Origin: Treponema denticola
GTDB lineage: Bacteria; Spirochaetota; Spirochaetia; Treponematales; Breznakiellaceae
Direction: 5' to 3'
Length of the DNA stretch: 64,000 nucleotides
Assembly (NCBI GenBank): GCA_020719845.1
Contig: DYPP01000003.1
Coordinates: 46,810 to 110,809, forward strand
Within the stretch, counting starts at the first letter, position 1. Each line of letters starts with the position of its first letter. Below the pieces are notes generated by a model that was not told the origin of the DNA, searched no databases, and saw only the letters and a list, made by a program, of their open reading frames with translations. The position numbers were made by a program, and so were the translations under genes. This document shows positions 1-12,771 of this stretch, one piece after another.

Positions 1-343
1 CAAACAGCATCCCGAACAGGTGCTCCGTCATCTGCACGCCGTGGATGCCGGTAGCGATGGTCAGGGCGATGGGCAGTTCCTTGACCTCGGGGAATTTCTG
101 GATCCAGTCCGCCCCGGCGTACCAGGTTTGGTACCATTTCAAAGCCGTCGCCCTGGTCAACAATGCCGCCGGAAACTCTCCGGCGATAATTTCCACTCCG
201 GGCAGTACGCTTTCGATCTCGCCCCGGTCGTTGGACAGCAGAACCTGCCGACCGCCGGCGTGCCGCCGAACCGCCTCCACCATGCCCTCCGGCGTCCGCT
301 CGGGCGCCAAGCTGATGAGAATGCTTCCTTTTTCCTGTTGCAT
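1..343 (-). CDS. D-isomer-specific 2-hydroxyacid dehydrogenase family protein, N-terminal part (3' end lies beyond the window edge)
   Basis: Absent from the ORF track because it is open at the edge. My translation of the minus strand from ATG 343-341 has no stops: MQQEKGSILISLAPERTPEGMVEAVRRHAGGRQVLLSNDRGEIESVLPGVEIIAGEFPAALLTRATALKWYQTWYAGADWIQKFPEVKELPIALTIATGIHGVQMTEHLFGMLF. The LKW.Q...AG.D and TGIHG..M.EH patterns resemble D-2-hydroxyacid dehydrogenases. Confidence 0.55.
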   Translation of the reverse strand, partial: MQQEKGSILISLAPERTPEGMVEAVRRHAGGRQVLLSNDRGEIESVLPGVEIIAGEFPAALLTRATALKWYQTWYAGADWIQKFPEVKELPIALTIATGIHGVQMTEHLFGMLF

Positions 344-473
344 GATCAAAGTATAGCCGTTTCCCGCAGGTTTGAAAACTGAATCCACTTTTTTCATGCG
401 GACCGGCAAAAGAATCGGGCAATGGATTTGTATTTTAGTACTGTTTATGCTAGATTCCAACCAGGAGACTGCC

Positions 474-985
474 ATGAAAAGGACCGGTTTTACCCTTTCT
501 TTTTTCGTATTCCTGTTCGCGTTTGGAGCAGCGTCTTTTGCCCAAACCGCGCCGATTACCGCGGAAGCCAACGGAATTACCGTATCCATACTGGTTAAAG
601 GCGACAACGCGGAGGTGACCGTCAACGCGCCGGTGGCTGGATGGGTAGCGGTAGGCTTTGACCCCAGCAGCCGGATGAAGGACGCGGATTTCAAGATCGG
701 CTACGTAAAAGACGGCGTGGCCTACGCCCGGGACGACTTTGGGGTCAGCAATATCAGCCACAAGGAAGACGCCGCCATCGGCGGCAAGAACGACCTCGTT
801 TCGTTCAGCGGCACCGAAAAAGACGGAATCACCTCGATGACCTTTGTTTTCCCCCTGGCCAGCGGCGACACCAATGACGCCACCCTTAATTCTGGGGCTA
901 TTCATACGGTCATTCTGGGCGCCTCGCGTTCCGATTCGTTTACCGGGCTGCATTCCAAAGTGGGCAAAACCACGATCAAGATTCC

Positions 986-989
<4 letters not shown>
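474..989 (+). CDS. secreted DOMON-like domain protein (family assignment tentative)
   Basis: From ORF 372..989. I moved the start to ATG 474, which has AGGAG at 463-467 and begins a signal peptide MKRTGFTLSFFVFLFAFGAASFAQ. GWVAVGFDPSSRMKDADF is DOMON-like. Confidence 0.6.
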
Positions 990-4756
<3,767 letters not shown>

Positions 4757-4846
4757 GTCCGGGATTCTAGCGGATAGCCGACCCTTGCGCCAGTATTGGG
4801 CTGGCCTGATTGACCCGCCGGGCGCTTTCCGTCACCATGGCGTCAA

Positions 4847-5617
4847 ATGAAACCAATTCATGAAGAACAATTCCGGGTCCGGTCCTGGGACGTGGACCGG
4901 ACCAATCGCCTGAGCATGGCGGCGGCCTTCAACTTTTTTCAGGAAATAGCGGGAAACCACGCCGAACTGCTGGGGGTGGGCCGCGACGCTTTCCGGCAAG
5001 CGGGCCAAGCCTGGATACTTTCGCGGATGTCCGCCGTGCTGGACCGTCGACCCTTGTGGGGCGAAACCCTGACCGTCCGCACCTGGCCCCGGGGCACGGA
5101 CCGGCTTTTTGCGGTCCGGGACTACGAAATCGAAGACGAAAATCGCGCCATCGTGGCTCGGGGCCGCAGCGGTTGGATCGTGCTGGATCTGGAAAGGATG
5201 CGGCCCCTGCGGCCGCAAGCCATGGTAAGCCACGTCCCGCTCAACGAAGACCGGAACGCCCTGCCCGACGGTATCCAGGGCTTGGAAGCGAACCCCGATT
5301 TGGCCGAGGTAGGAACCCGCGTTCCCGCCTATTCGGATTTCGACTACAACGGCCACGTCAACAACGCCCGGTACGTCCAGTGGATTCAGGACGTCCTGCC
5401 CGCGGCGCCCATCGAGGACGCCGAAAGTCTGCGCCTGGACATCAACTATCTGTCCGAGGTAAAACCGGGCATGGCCGTACAATTGTGGACCGGCAAGCGG
5501 AACGGGATTTCCGAACCGACCTTCGCCGTCGAAGGCCGGGTCGGCGACTCCGGACAGGCCGCCTTCCGGGCGGAGTTCAACCTGGGGGTTTGCTTGCCCA
5601 AGCCCCCGCTTCCGTAG
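4847..5617 (+). CDS. acyl-[acyl-carrier-protein] thioesterase family protein
   Basis: 256 aa. It looks like a double hot-dog acyl-ACP thioesterase (FRVRSWDVDRTNRLSMAAAFNFFQE...; YSDFDYNGHVNNARYVQW). Confidence 0.75.
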   Translation: MKPIHEEQFRVRSWDVDRTNRLSMAAAFNFFQEIAGNHAELLGVGRDAFRQAGQAWILSRMSAVLDRRPLWGETLTVRTWPRGTDRLFAVRDYEIEDENRAIVARGRSGWIVLDLERMRPLRPQAMVSHVPLNEDRNALPDGIQGLEANPDLAEVGTRVPAYSDFDYNGHVNNARYVQWIQDVLPAAPIEDAESLRLDINYLSEVKPGMAVQLWTGKRNGISEPTFAVEGRVGDSGQAAFRAEFNLGVCLPKPPLP

Positions 5618-5630
5618 TACCACTAGGATC

Positions 5631-6395
5631 ATGCGCGTATCCCTGGAAATCGTACCCCGTTCCGCCGAAACCCTGCTGGATGGCGCCACGCTGGCGTCGG
5701 GCTTTCCGGCCATTTCCGCGGTCAACATCCCGGATCTGTTGCGCTTTCCGCTCCGCTCCTGGGATGCTTGTTCACTTCTGGCCTCGTCGTCGAATAAGGA
5801 GGAGGGACACCCGCCTTTTGAGTTCATTCCCCACCTGCGGGCCATCGATTACGACCTGGACAAGCCGTTTCCCCACGCGGACCTGCTCAAGAGCCACAGC
5901 ATTACCGCCGTTCTGGCCGTCGCCGGCGACCCGCCCCAGGACATGAGCCACCGGATCTATCCCACGGGGACCGTGGAATTCATCAAAAAATTAAAAAAGG
6001 AAGCGCCCTGGCTGACGGTCTACGCCGCCTTTGATCCGTACCGTTCCAACATCAGCCACGAACTGGAGTACGTCCGCGCCAAGGAAGATTCCGGCGCCGA
6101 CGGATTCATGAGCCAGCCCTTCTTTGACCTGCGGCTGCTGGAAATCTACGCCGAGTACCTGGAAGGCAAAACCGTTTTTTGGGGCGTCTCGCCGGTCAAT
6201 TCGGAAAAAAGCAAGAATTACTGGGAAGCCCGCAACCGGGCGGTTTTTCCCAAATCTTTTCAGCCGAGCCTGGAATGGAACGTCGCCTTCGGCCGCAGGG
6301 TAATCGATTTTTGCCGCAACGGCGGCTTCAATCTGTACCTGATGCCCATCAAGGTGGATCTGCGGGCGTACCTGAACGGGTTATTCGTCGGCTAG
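5631..6395 (+). CDS. methylenetetrahydrofolate reductase-like protein
   Basis: 254 aa with an MTHFR-like TIM-barrel pattern (VSLEIVPRS..., LAVAGDPP, GADGFMSQPFFD). It sits next to metH. Shorter than classical MetF, so the assignment is tentative. Confidence 0.6.
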   Translation: MRVSLEIVPRSAETLLDGATLASGFPAISAVNIPDLLRFPLRSWDACSLLASSSNKEEGHPPFEFIPHLRAIDYDLDKPFPHADLLKSHSITAVLAVAGDPPQDMSHRIYPTGTVEFIKKLKKEAPWLTVYAAFDPYRSNISHELEYVRAKEDSGADGFMSQPFFDLRLLEIYAEYLEGKTVFWGVSPVNSEKSKNYWEARNRAVFPKSFQPSLEWNVAFGRRVIDFCRNGGFNLYLMPIKVDLRAYLNGLFVG

Positions 6396-7808
6396 TTCTG
6401 CCAGCGCCGCCCGGAGCAGAGCCCGGTCGATTCCCCAATTCTTGCCGAAACGCGCCAACAGCCGGTCGGAGATAGTCATAAAGCGCGCAAACGCGCCCGC
6501 CCCGTCCGGAATCAGCCGCGGGACCAGCGCGTCGAAGTGTCCCCGGTTGACGACCAGTTCCCAGAAACGGGCAAAATTCTTGATGCGGTTCAATTCCGCC
6601 GCTTTCAGCGCGGAAGTTTCAATTACTTCGTAGGGCGGCTCCGGGGAATAGTGCATGCCCCATTCCCGGTCATGCCGGGCCAGCGGCGTCCCGGGCAGGC
6701 GCTTGAGGATACCCAGTTGCAGTTCCGTCGGCCGCGCCGCCCACAGCAGGTCAAAGCCCGCGGCAAAACCGGCCAGCCCTTCTCCGGGCAAGCCGGCGAT
6801 CAGGTCCGCGTGGACGAGGGCGCCGGTTTTGCGGCGCAAAAAATCCAGGACTTCCAATTCCAGCGGCGGGTTGCTGGGACGGTGGATTCGCCGGGCGGTT
6901 TCCGGATCAAAGGTCTGTATTCCCACCTCCAGCCGCAGCGTGCCCGGGGCAAAGCGTTCCAGCAGGCTCCGCAGTTCCGCCGGAAAGCGGGAGGGAACCA
7001 TCTCGAAATGGGCGTACTGGGGCGTACGCAGGCGCTCCTGAAAGAAGCCCATGATCGCCCGGGCCCGATCCGGATCCAGATTGAAGGTCCGGTCCAAAAA
7101 CTTGAAGGAACCGGCGCCCCGCTCCAGCAGCAGCGTCATGTTCCGCAGAAAGGCGTCCAGCGGCACCGTCCGGACCCGTCGGTCCAAGGAGCTGAGGCAG
7201 AACTCGCAGCCGAAGGGACAACCCCGGGAAGCCTCGACGTAGGTCAGCTTGCGCGCCAGGTCTTCTTCGGTATACAGGCGATACCCTGGGTCGATGCGGG
7301 ACAGGTCCACCGGCAGGGTATCGATCAACCGCCCCTGTACCCCGGCGACACCGCCGTCCGCCCGCAATTCCCGGGCAACGCGTTCCGGTAGAACCGGATC
7401 ACCCCGCAGCAATAGCCTGCACAGGGTCGGGAATACGGTTTCCCCTTCGCCCCGGACTACCCAGTCCGCCAGGGCCAGAATGGGGCTATCCCCGTCCAGG
7501 TGGGATACTTCCGGCCCCCCCAGCACGATGATCGGCCGACCGCCGTCCGTATCCCGTTCCCAGTGCCGATTCAGGGCCTGCAGCAATTCCACGGTCTGCA
7601 GATGGTTCCAGATGTACACCGACAGCGCCAGAATGCGCGGCCGCGCCGCGATGATCGGCGCTGTCTTTTGTTCCAGCGGCTGGCGCAGGGCAAATTCCAG
7701 CAACGCGCTGCGTTCTTCCAGATCGCCCAGATTGGCCCGGAGCAAGCGGAGCGCGTAGGAAGGGTGGATCCATTTGGCGTTGATGGTGGCAAGCAGGATC
7801 TCGGGCAT
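6381..7808 (-). CDS. B12-binding domain-containing radical SAM protein (DUF4080-type C-terminus)
   Basis: From ORF 6381..7871. It carries the CX3CX2C cluster motif EASRGCPFGCEFCLS after an N-terminal B12-binding-like domain. I prefer the ATG at 7808 (MPEILLATINAKWIHPSY), which avoids a 58-nt overlap with the upstream gene. 7871 remains an alternative start. Confidence 0.8.
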   Translation of the reverse strand: MPEILLATINAKWIHPSYALRLLRANLGDLEERSALLEFALRQPLEQKTAPIIAARPRILALSVYIWNHLQTVELLQALNRHWERDTDGGRPIIVLGGPEVSHLDGDSPILALADWVVRGEGETVFPTLCRLLLRGDPVLPERVARELRADGGVAGVQGRLIDTLPVDLSRIDPGYRLYTEEDLARKLTYVEASRGCPFGCEFCLSSLDRRVRTVPLDAFLRNMTLLLERGAGSFKFLDRTFNLDPDRARAIMGFFQERLRTPQYAHFEMVPSRFPAELRSLLERFAPGTLRLEVGIQTFDPETARRIHRPSNPPLELEVLDFLRRKTGALVHADLIAGLPGEGLAGFAAGFDLLWAARPTELQLGILKRLPGTPLARHDREWGMHYSPEPPYEVIETSALKAAELNRIKNFARFWELVVNRGHFDALVPRLIPDGAGAFARFMTISDRLLARFGKNWGIDRALLRAALAELADE

Positions 7809-7813
7809 GGGGG

Positions 7814-8455
7814 TCAGGTCCCGGCGGTAAAGCTCGACGCTCCAAAAAGTCCCAGGGTCCCGGTCCGCCATTCATCGTGGGCTTCCAGCACCAGGCGTTC
7901 TACTTCCAGCCAGTTGTCGGCCCGCGGTCCCGCTAGGTGTCGATTGGTGGAATTGGAGAACACGATCGTCCGGCAGCCCTGTTCCCGGAGCGACTCCACG
8001 TTGGTCGGCGAATCGTCGATGTACACGTGGGCGCCCACCGCGCCCTTGTCCTTCATAAAGCAGAGGTCCCAGTAGGGAATGTCGTGGGCGTCCAGCCACT
8101 CCACGGTCTGGTTGATGGACAGCTGGTGAAAATACTTCAAAAAAAGCCGGTGGGTAATGATGCGGATACGTACCCCTCGCTGGGACAGCTTGCGGAGCGT
8201 CGCCGGGGCGTCCTTGATCGGATCCATGTCCCGGAACAAGCCCCGCTGGGTCACGGCGTAGCGGTGCAGCCGTTCATAGCCGCCGTATTCCTCTATGCCC
8301 CATTCCGCCAAACCATAGGAGACTTCCTGCTTCAACGCGGATTCGGGTTTGTCCAGCCATTGGGCGGCGATGCGCCGCATGGCGGAATAAAAATCCCCTA
8401 CGACGCCGTCCAGGTCGACGCCGAGGATAAAACTGCTTTCGTCCATGGTCGCCAT
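7814..8455 (-). CDS. HAD-superfamily 5'(3')-deoxyribonucleotidase-like protein
   Basis: 213 aa. The HAD motif I is present (GVDLDGVVGDF) and the layout is NT5C-like (YIDDSP near the C-terminal third). Confidence 0.65.
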   Translation of the reverse strand: MATMDESSFILGVDLDGVVGDFYSAMRRIAAQWLDKPESALKQEVSYGLAEWGIEEYGGYERLHRYAVTQRGLFRDMDPIKDAPATLRKLSQRGVRIRIITHRLFLKYFHQLSINQTVEWLDAHDIPYWDLCFMKDKGAVGAHVYIDDSPTNVESLREQGCRTIVFSNSTNRHLAGPRADNWLEVERLVLEAHDEWRTGTLGLFGASSFTAGT

Positions 8456-8502
8456 TTTAGCAGGTTCGTCCCGCCTGTCCTATCCTCCGCGGCGGTTCAA
8501 GC

Positions 8503-10656
8503 TCAGATGAATTTGGAAAGCAAAACCACGATGCTCCGGCCCTTGACGAAGTATTCGTTTTGATTAGACAGGGCCTGCTCATAGCCGGGGGAAACGATGT
8601 CCTGCGGCGCTTCCAGCGCGGTATCCACCGCCCGGAACCAGTGCTTGCCGTCCAGCGGTTTGGCGACGGCAAAAACCAGGCCTTCGACGCCGGAATTGAA
8701 CATGATGAAAAAGTCATTGTCGTCCCGGTCGGCGTAGGTATCGGCCTTGCTGCCGTCCAGGCGGCAGGCCAGGTGCCGGTCCGCCTTGGCCCAGTCGGGG
8801 CTTTCGCCTTTTTCATCGTACCAGGTGATGTCCGGAATCGCGTTGTAGCTGCCGTCCCGGCCGGAAAAGAACTCGGGACGCAAAAACGCCGGATGCCTGA
8901 GCCGGAAGGCGATCATTTCCTTGACGAACCGGAACAGACCGCGGTTGCGTTCCAGCAGCGACCAGTCGTACCAGGATACGTCATTGTCCTGGCAATAGGC
9001 GTTGTTGTTGCCCCCCTGGGTACGCCGGAATTCGTCCCCCCCCAGGATCATGGGCGTGCCCAGGGAAATGAGCAGGGTGGTAAAATAATTTTTGATCTGC
9101 AATTCCCGGACCAATTCTATGGTCGGGTTGGACACCGGCCCCTCAAAACCGTAATTGCAGCTCAGGTTGTTGTCGCTGCCGTCCCGGCTGTCTTCCCCGT
9201 TTTCGTCGTTGTGCTTTTCCGCGTAGCTCACCAGGTCGTTCAGGGTAAAACCGTCATGGCTGGTAATGAAGTTGATGGAATGAAAGGGCTTTCTTCCGTC
9301 CCGCAGGTACAAATCCGAACTGCCCGACAGCCGGGTGGCAAAGTGGCGCGCCTCTTTGAGGTCCCCCCGCCAGAATTTGCGGATGTCGTCCCGGTAGCGG
9401 TCGTTCCATTCCGCCCACCGCCCGCCGGGAAACCAGCCGACCTGGTAGGCGCCGCCCGCGTCCCAGGCTTCGGCGATGATCTTGGTGTTCCGCAGCACCG
9501 GATCTTCGGCGATGCGCTCCAGCATGGGCGGGTTTTCCATCAGCTTGCCCTGCTGGTCCCGACCCAGGATGGAACCCAAGTCAAATCGGAAACCGTCGAC
9601 GTGCATTTCCACCACCCAGTAGCGCAGGGCTTCGATGATGAACGAACGCACCACCGGGTGGTTGCAGTTGAGCGTGTTGCCGCAACCCGAATAATTCTTA
9701 TAAAAACGGAGATTTTCTTCCAGCATATAGTAAATCGTGTTGTCTATGCCCCGAAATGAAAAGGTGGGTCCCTTTTCGTTGCCTTCGGCGGTGTGGTTGA
9801 AGACGATGTCCAGAATTACTTCCAGCCCCGCCTTGTGCAGGGCCCGCACCATTTCCTTAAATTCCCGGACCTGCCCGCCCGGAGTCTTGTCGGAGGCGTA
9901 GGAGCCCTTGGGCGCAAAAAACGCCACCGTCGAATAGCCCCAATAGTTGCGCAAGGGTTCGGCGGTCCGTGGGTTGGAGCGGGGCAGCTCGCGTTCATTG
10001 AACTCCTGGATGGGCAGGAATTCCAGACTGGTTATGCCCAGATCCTTAAAATAGGGAATTTTTTCAATGATGCCCCGGAAGGTGCCGGGGTGTTCAACCG
10101 CCGCAGTGGGGTGTTCGGTCAGCCCGCGAACGTGGGTTTCGTAGAGCACGCTGAAACGGAGCGGATAATTCAGGGGTTTGTCCCCCTGCCAGTCAAAAAA
10201 GTCGTCCACCACCACGCACTTGGGATGGTGCGGAAAATCGTCTTCGTATGAAAAGGAAAGGTCGCCGTCCGGCAGGTTCGGGTTGAATCCCATCGCCGCG
10301 GAAATATCCCAGCTGCCGACGTCGGTCAAAGCCTTGGCGTAGGGATCCAGCAGCATTTTATGCGGATTGAAGCGGAAGCCCCGCTCGGGAATATACGGGC
10401 CGTCCAGGCGATACAGGTACAAGGTCCCTGCCCCCCGGTCCGGAAGGTGACAGTGCCAGATATCCCCGGTATGGTTTTTATGCGCGTCAAAGGGAATTTC
10501 CAGGTAGGGGCTGTCGGGCTCCGCCGTTTCAAACAGGACCAGCGTCACCGCCGTCGCGTGCCGGGAAAAAAGGGAAAAATTGATTCCCTTTTCCCCTAAG
10601 TTGGCGCCCAAGGGGAGCGGCCGGCCCACCTCAACCAGACTATTATTCGAATTCAT
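8503..10656 (-). CDS. glgX: glycogen debranching enzyme
   Basis: 717 aa with GH13 signatures VDGFRFDLGS, IIAEAWDAGG and FITSHDGFTLNDL, plus an N-terminal CBM48-like region. Confidence 0.9.
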   Translation of the reverse strand: MNSNNSLVEVGRPLPLGANLGEKGINFSLFSRHATAVTLVLFETAEPDSPYLEIPFDAHKNHTGDIWHCHLPDRGAGTLYLYRLDGPYIPERGFRFNPHKMLLDPYAKALTDVGSWDISAAMGFNPNLPDGDLSFSYEDDFPHHPKCVVVDDFFDWQGDKPLNYPLRFSVLYETHVRGLTEHPTAAVEHPGTFRGIIEKIPYFKDLGITSLEFLPIQEFNERELPRSNPRTAEPLRNYWGYSTVAFFAPKGSYASDKTPGGQVREFKEMVRALHKAGLEVILDIVFNHTAEGNEKGPTFSFRGIDNTIYYMLEENLRFYKNYSGCGNTLNCNHPVVRSFIIEALRYWVVEMHVDGFRFDLGSILGRDQQGKLMENPPMLERIAEDPVLRNTKIIAEAWDAGGAYQVGWFPGGRWAEWNDRYRDDIRKFWRGDLKEARHFATRLSGSSDLYLRDGRKPFHSINFITSHDGFTLNDLVSYAEKHNDENGEDSRDGSDNNLSCNYGFEGPVSNPTIELVRELQIKNYFTTLLISLGTPMILGGDEFRRTQGGNNNAYCQDNDVSWYDWSLLERNRGLFRFVKEMIAFRLRHPAFLRPEFFSGRDGSYNAIPDITWYDEKGESPDWAKADRHLACRLDGSKADTYADRDDNDFFIMFNSGVEGLVFAVAKPLDGKHWFRAVDTALEAPQDIVSPGYEQALSNQNEYFVKGRSIVVLLSKFI

Positions 10657-10715
10657 AGACCTATTTTAGCACAAACAGGGTGTTCCCGCCGTGAATTTTT
10701 ACCGATAATCAACGT

Positions 10716-12080
10716 ATGATTCGAGTACCCGTCATTACCGCGGATACGGAGCTGGCCAAAGCCATCCGGACCACCGTGCGGTCGTTCAATTCCCAGCTGG
10801 AAGCGGTTTTTCTGACCGGCGTCGATGCGGTCATAGAATACCTGAAATACGAACTCCCGGAAATGAAAATCATCGATTGTTCGGTCAAAGGCGCCGGGGA
10901 GACCGAGGCGGTGGCCATCCTCGACGCCATCCGCCAGGACCCCTGGCTGCACTACGGCGGGGTCATCGCCGTCCACACCGGCGATGAGGATAAGGAACTG
11001 CTGGATCGGCTGCGGGATTCCAACATCATCGCCGTCGTCCGGCGGGAAGAATTCATCGACAACCTGGAACGCATTCTGCGCATCCTGATCCATAACAAGC
11101 AGTTCCTGTTCCAGCGCGGCATCCAGCAGCACCTGATGCGCACCATTTCCGGCACCTTCACCATCGACAACGATCCCCTGGACATCGTCGTCTACACCAA
11201 CCTGGTCACCAACTATCTCTATAATTCCAACTTGCTGAACCGGGATGACCGGGAAAAACTGCACGTCGCCCTGCAGGAACTTTTAGTGAACGCCATCGAA
11301 CACGGCAATTGCAAAATCGACTTTGAAGAAAAAACCCATTGGCTGGAAGCGGGCCACAACGCCATGGATCTGATTCGGGAAAAAAACAAGAATCCCGACG
11401 TCGCCGCCCGCAAGGTGCGTCTGGCCTACACCATTTCCCCGGACAACTCCCGATTCAGCATCAGCGACGAAGGCGATGGGTTTGACTGGCAGAGCCGGAT
11501 GTCCGCCAAGCCGGAATTGGGGCTGCACGGTATGGGTATCCGGATGGCCGGCGTCTACGTGCAGGAACTGGCCTACAACCAGAAGGGCAACGAGGTTTCC
11601 TTTTCCATCGCCCATCAAAAGGACGCAGCCAACGTGGTGCCCGGAATTTTTACCGACCAGGCGGCCATCACCTTCAAGGCTCGGGAAATCGTGGTGAAGG
11701 AAGGCGAAGCCTCGGATTATCTCTATTATATCGTTTCCGGCCGCTATCTGGTGTTTTCCGGCAACCGCTGCGTTTCGTACCTGACGCCGGACGACATGTT
11801 CATCGGCGAGATGTCCTTCCTGCTTTCCAACCAGCGTACGGCTACGGTCATGGCCAAGGACGGCGGCGAGTGCATCAAGGTTTCCAAGCAGGCTTTTGTG
11901 GACCTTATCAAGCGCAATCCCCACTACGGCATCTTCCTGGCGCGGCTGCTGGCCCAGCGGCTGACCCGGCTCAACGCGCGCACGGCCAAGCTGAACGCCG
12001 AATACCAGCGCTTGAAGGCGCTGGTCAGTACTCCGGAAACCGCGGACGGATCAACCGGGCGGAGCGGAACCGGGAAATAA
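10716..12080 (+). CDS. three-domain signalling protein: receiver-like N-domain + GHKL (RsbW/SpoIIAB-like) ATPase/kinase domain + cyclic-nucleotide-binding domain
   Basis: 454 aa. The N-terminus has a CheY-like pattern (ITAD, KIIDCS). The GHKL domain shows an N-box (LQELLVNAIEHGN), a G1 box (ISDEGDGFDW) and a G2 box (GLHGMGIRMAG). The C-terminal cNMP-binding cassette reads FIGEMSFLLSNQRTATVMA. Confidence 0.7.
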   Translation: MIRVPVITADTELAKAIRTTVRSFNSQLEAVFLTGVDAVIEYLKYELPEMKIIDCSVKGAGETEAVAILDAIRQDPWLHYGGVIAVHTGDEDKELLDRLRDSNIIAVVRREEFIDNLERILRILIHNKQFLFQRGIQQHLMRTISGTFTIDNDPLDIVVYTNLVTNYLYNSNLLNRDDREKLHVALQELLVNAIEHGNCKIDFEEKTHWLEAGHNAMDLIREKNKNPDVAARKVRLAYTISPDNSRFSISDEGDGFDWQSRMSAKPELGLHGMGIRMAGVYVQELAYNQKGNEVSFSIAHQKDAANVVPGIFTDQAAITFKAREIVVKEGEASDYLYYIVSGRYLVFSGNRCVSYLTPDDMFIGEMSFLLSNQRTATVMAKDGGECIKVSKQAFVDLIKRNPHYGIFLARLLAQRLTRLNARTAKLNAEYQRLKALVSTPETADGSTGRSGTGK

Positions 12081-12771
12081 ACGTTTCCCGGTCTAGGCTC
12101 CGCGCGCCCAGGCGGGCTTTGTAGTCCAGGGGCATGCCCAAATCCCAGAATGCGTAACCCGCGTCGCGCAGCGCCCGGCCGGTAAGGATCAGTTGCGCCG
12201 TGCCGGCCGAATCTTCATCCCGGTACCCGGAATAGCTGGTATAGACCCCGCCTGAAGAAACGCCGAACTCACCGGCCACCAGCCGGCCGTCCCGATAAAG
12301 GCCAAAAGAAAGCGGACGGACGGACGCCGCCGCCCGATCGGCGCCGGCCGTCCCGATCCGCCGCAGGTCCAGCAGCGCGGACTGGAGCGGCGGGGTCAGC
12401 CATTCTTCGCCATGTACCGCTACACAGCGCTCCAGGATCCGCTGAAAGTCGGCGTCCGGCCGCAGCTCGTACCGTCCCAGACGCCGCCGGACGGACCGGC
12501 TTTCGTGCAGCGCCGGAAAATCCAGCACCGCTCGTTCCCGATGCATTTTGGGCAGCAGCAGGTAGCCTCCGACCGGCCAGCGGCTGGACATGACCAAAAA
12601 CCCTGCGGCCATCAACGCCGCGATAAATTCCGGCTCAAAGCGTTCGGAAAGGCAAAATTCCTCCGGGTAGTCATCCTTGACCAGGGCGTCTACCAGAGCG
12701 TCGCCGTCGTCGCCCGGCAGCAGCAACGGGTAACCCGACGGCGTATACCGGATGCCGAGGGTATCCGTCAC
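12025..12771 (-). CDS. leucyl/phenylalanyl-tRNA-protein transferase-like protein (tentative)
   Basis: 248 aa. The GTG start overlaps the upstream stop (GTGA). The pattern LHESRSVRRRL...GRLVAGEFGVSSGGVYTSYSGY...SAGTAQL resembles the Aat family. I am recalling this from memory, so confidence is moderate. Confidence 0.5.
   Translation of the reverse strand: MTDTLGIRYTPSGYPLLLPGDDGDALVDALVKDDYPEEFCLSERFEPEFIAALMAAGFLVMSSRWPVGGYLLLPKMHRERAVLDFPALHESRSVRRRLGRYELRPDADFQRILERCVAVHGEEWLTPPLQSALLDLRRIGTAGADRAAASVRPLSFGLYRDGRLVAGEFGVSSGGVYTSYSGYRDEDSAGTAQLILTGRALRDAGYAFWDLGMPLDYKARLGARSLDRETFISRFRSARLIRPRFPEY

Noticed and set aside
20-382. Plus-strand ORFs 20..382 and 45..356 at the left edge.
   Set aside because: The minus strand here encodes a clean 2-hydroxyacid-dehydrogenase-like N-terminus that runs off the window. 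The plus-strand products have no motifs.
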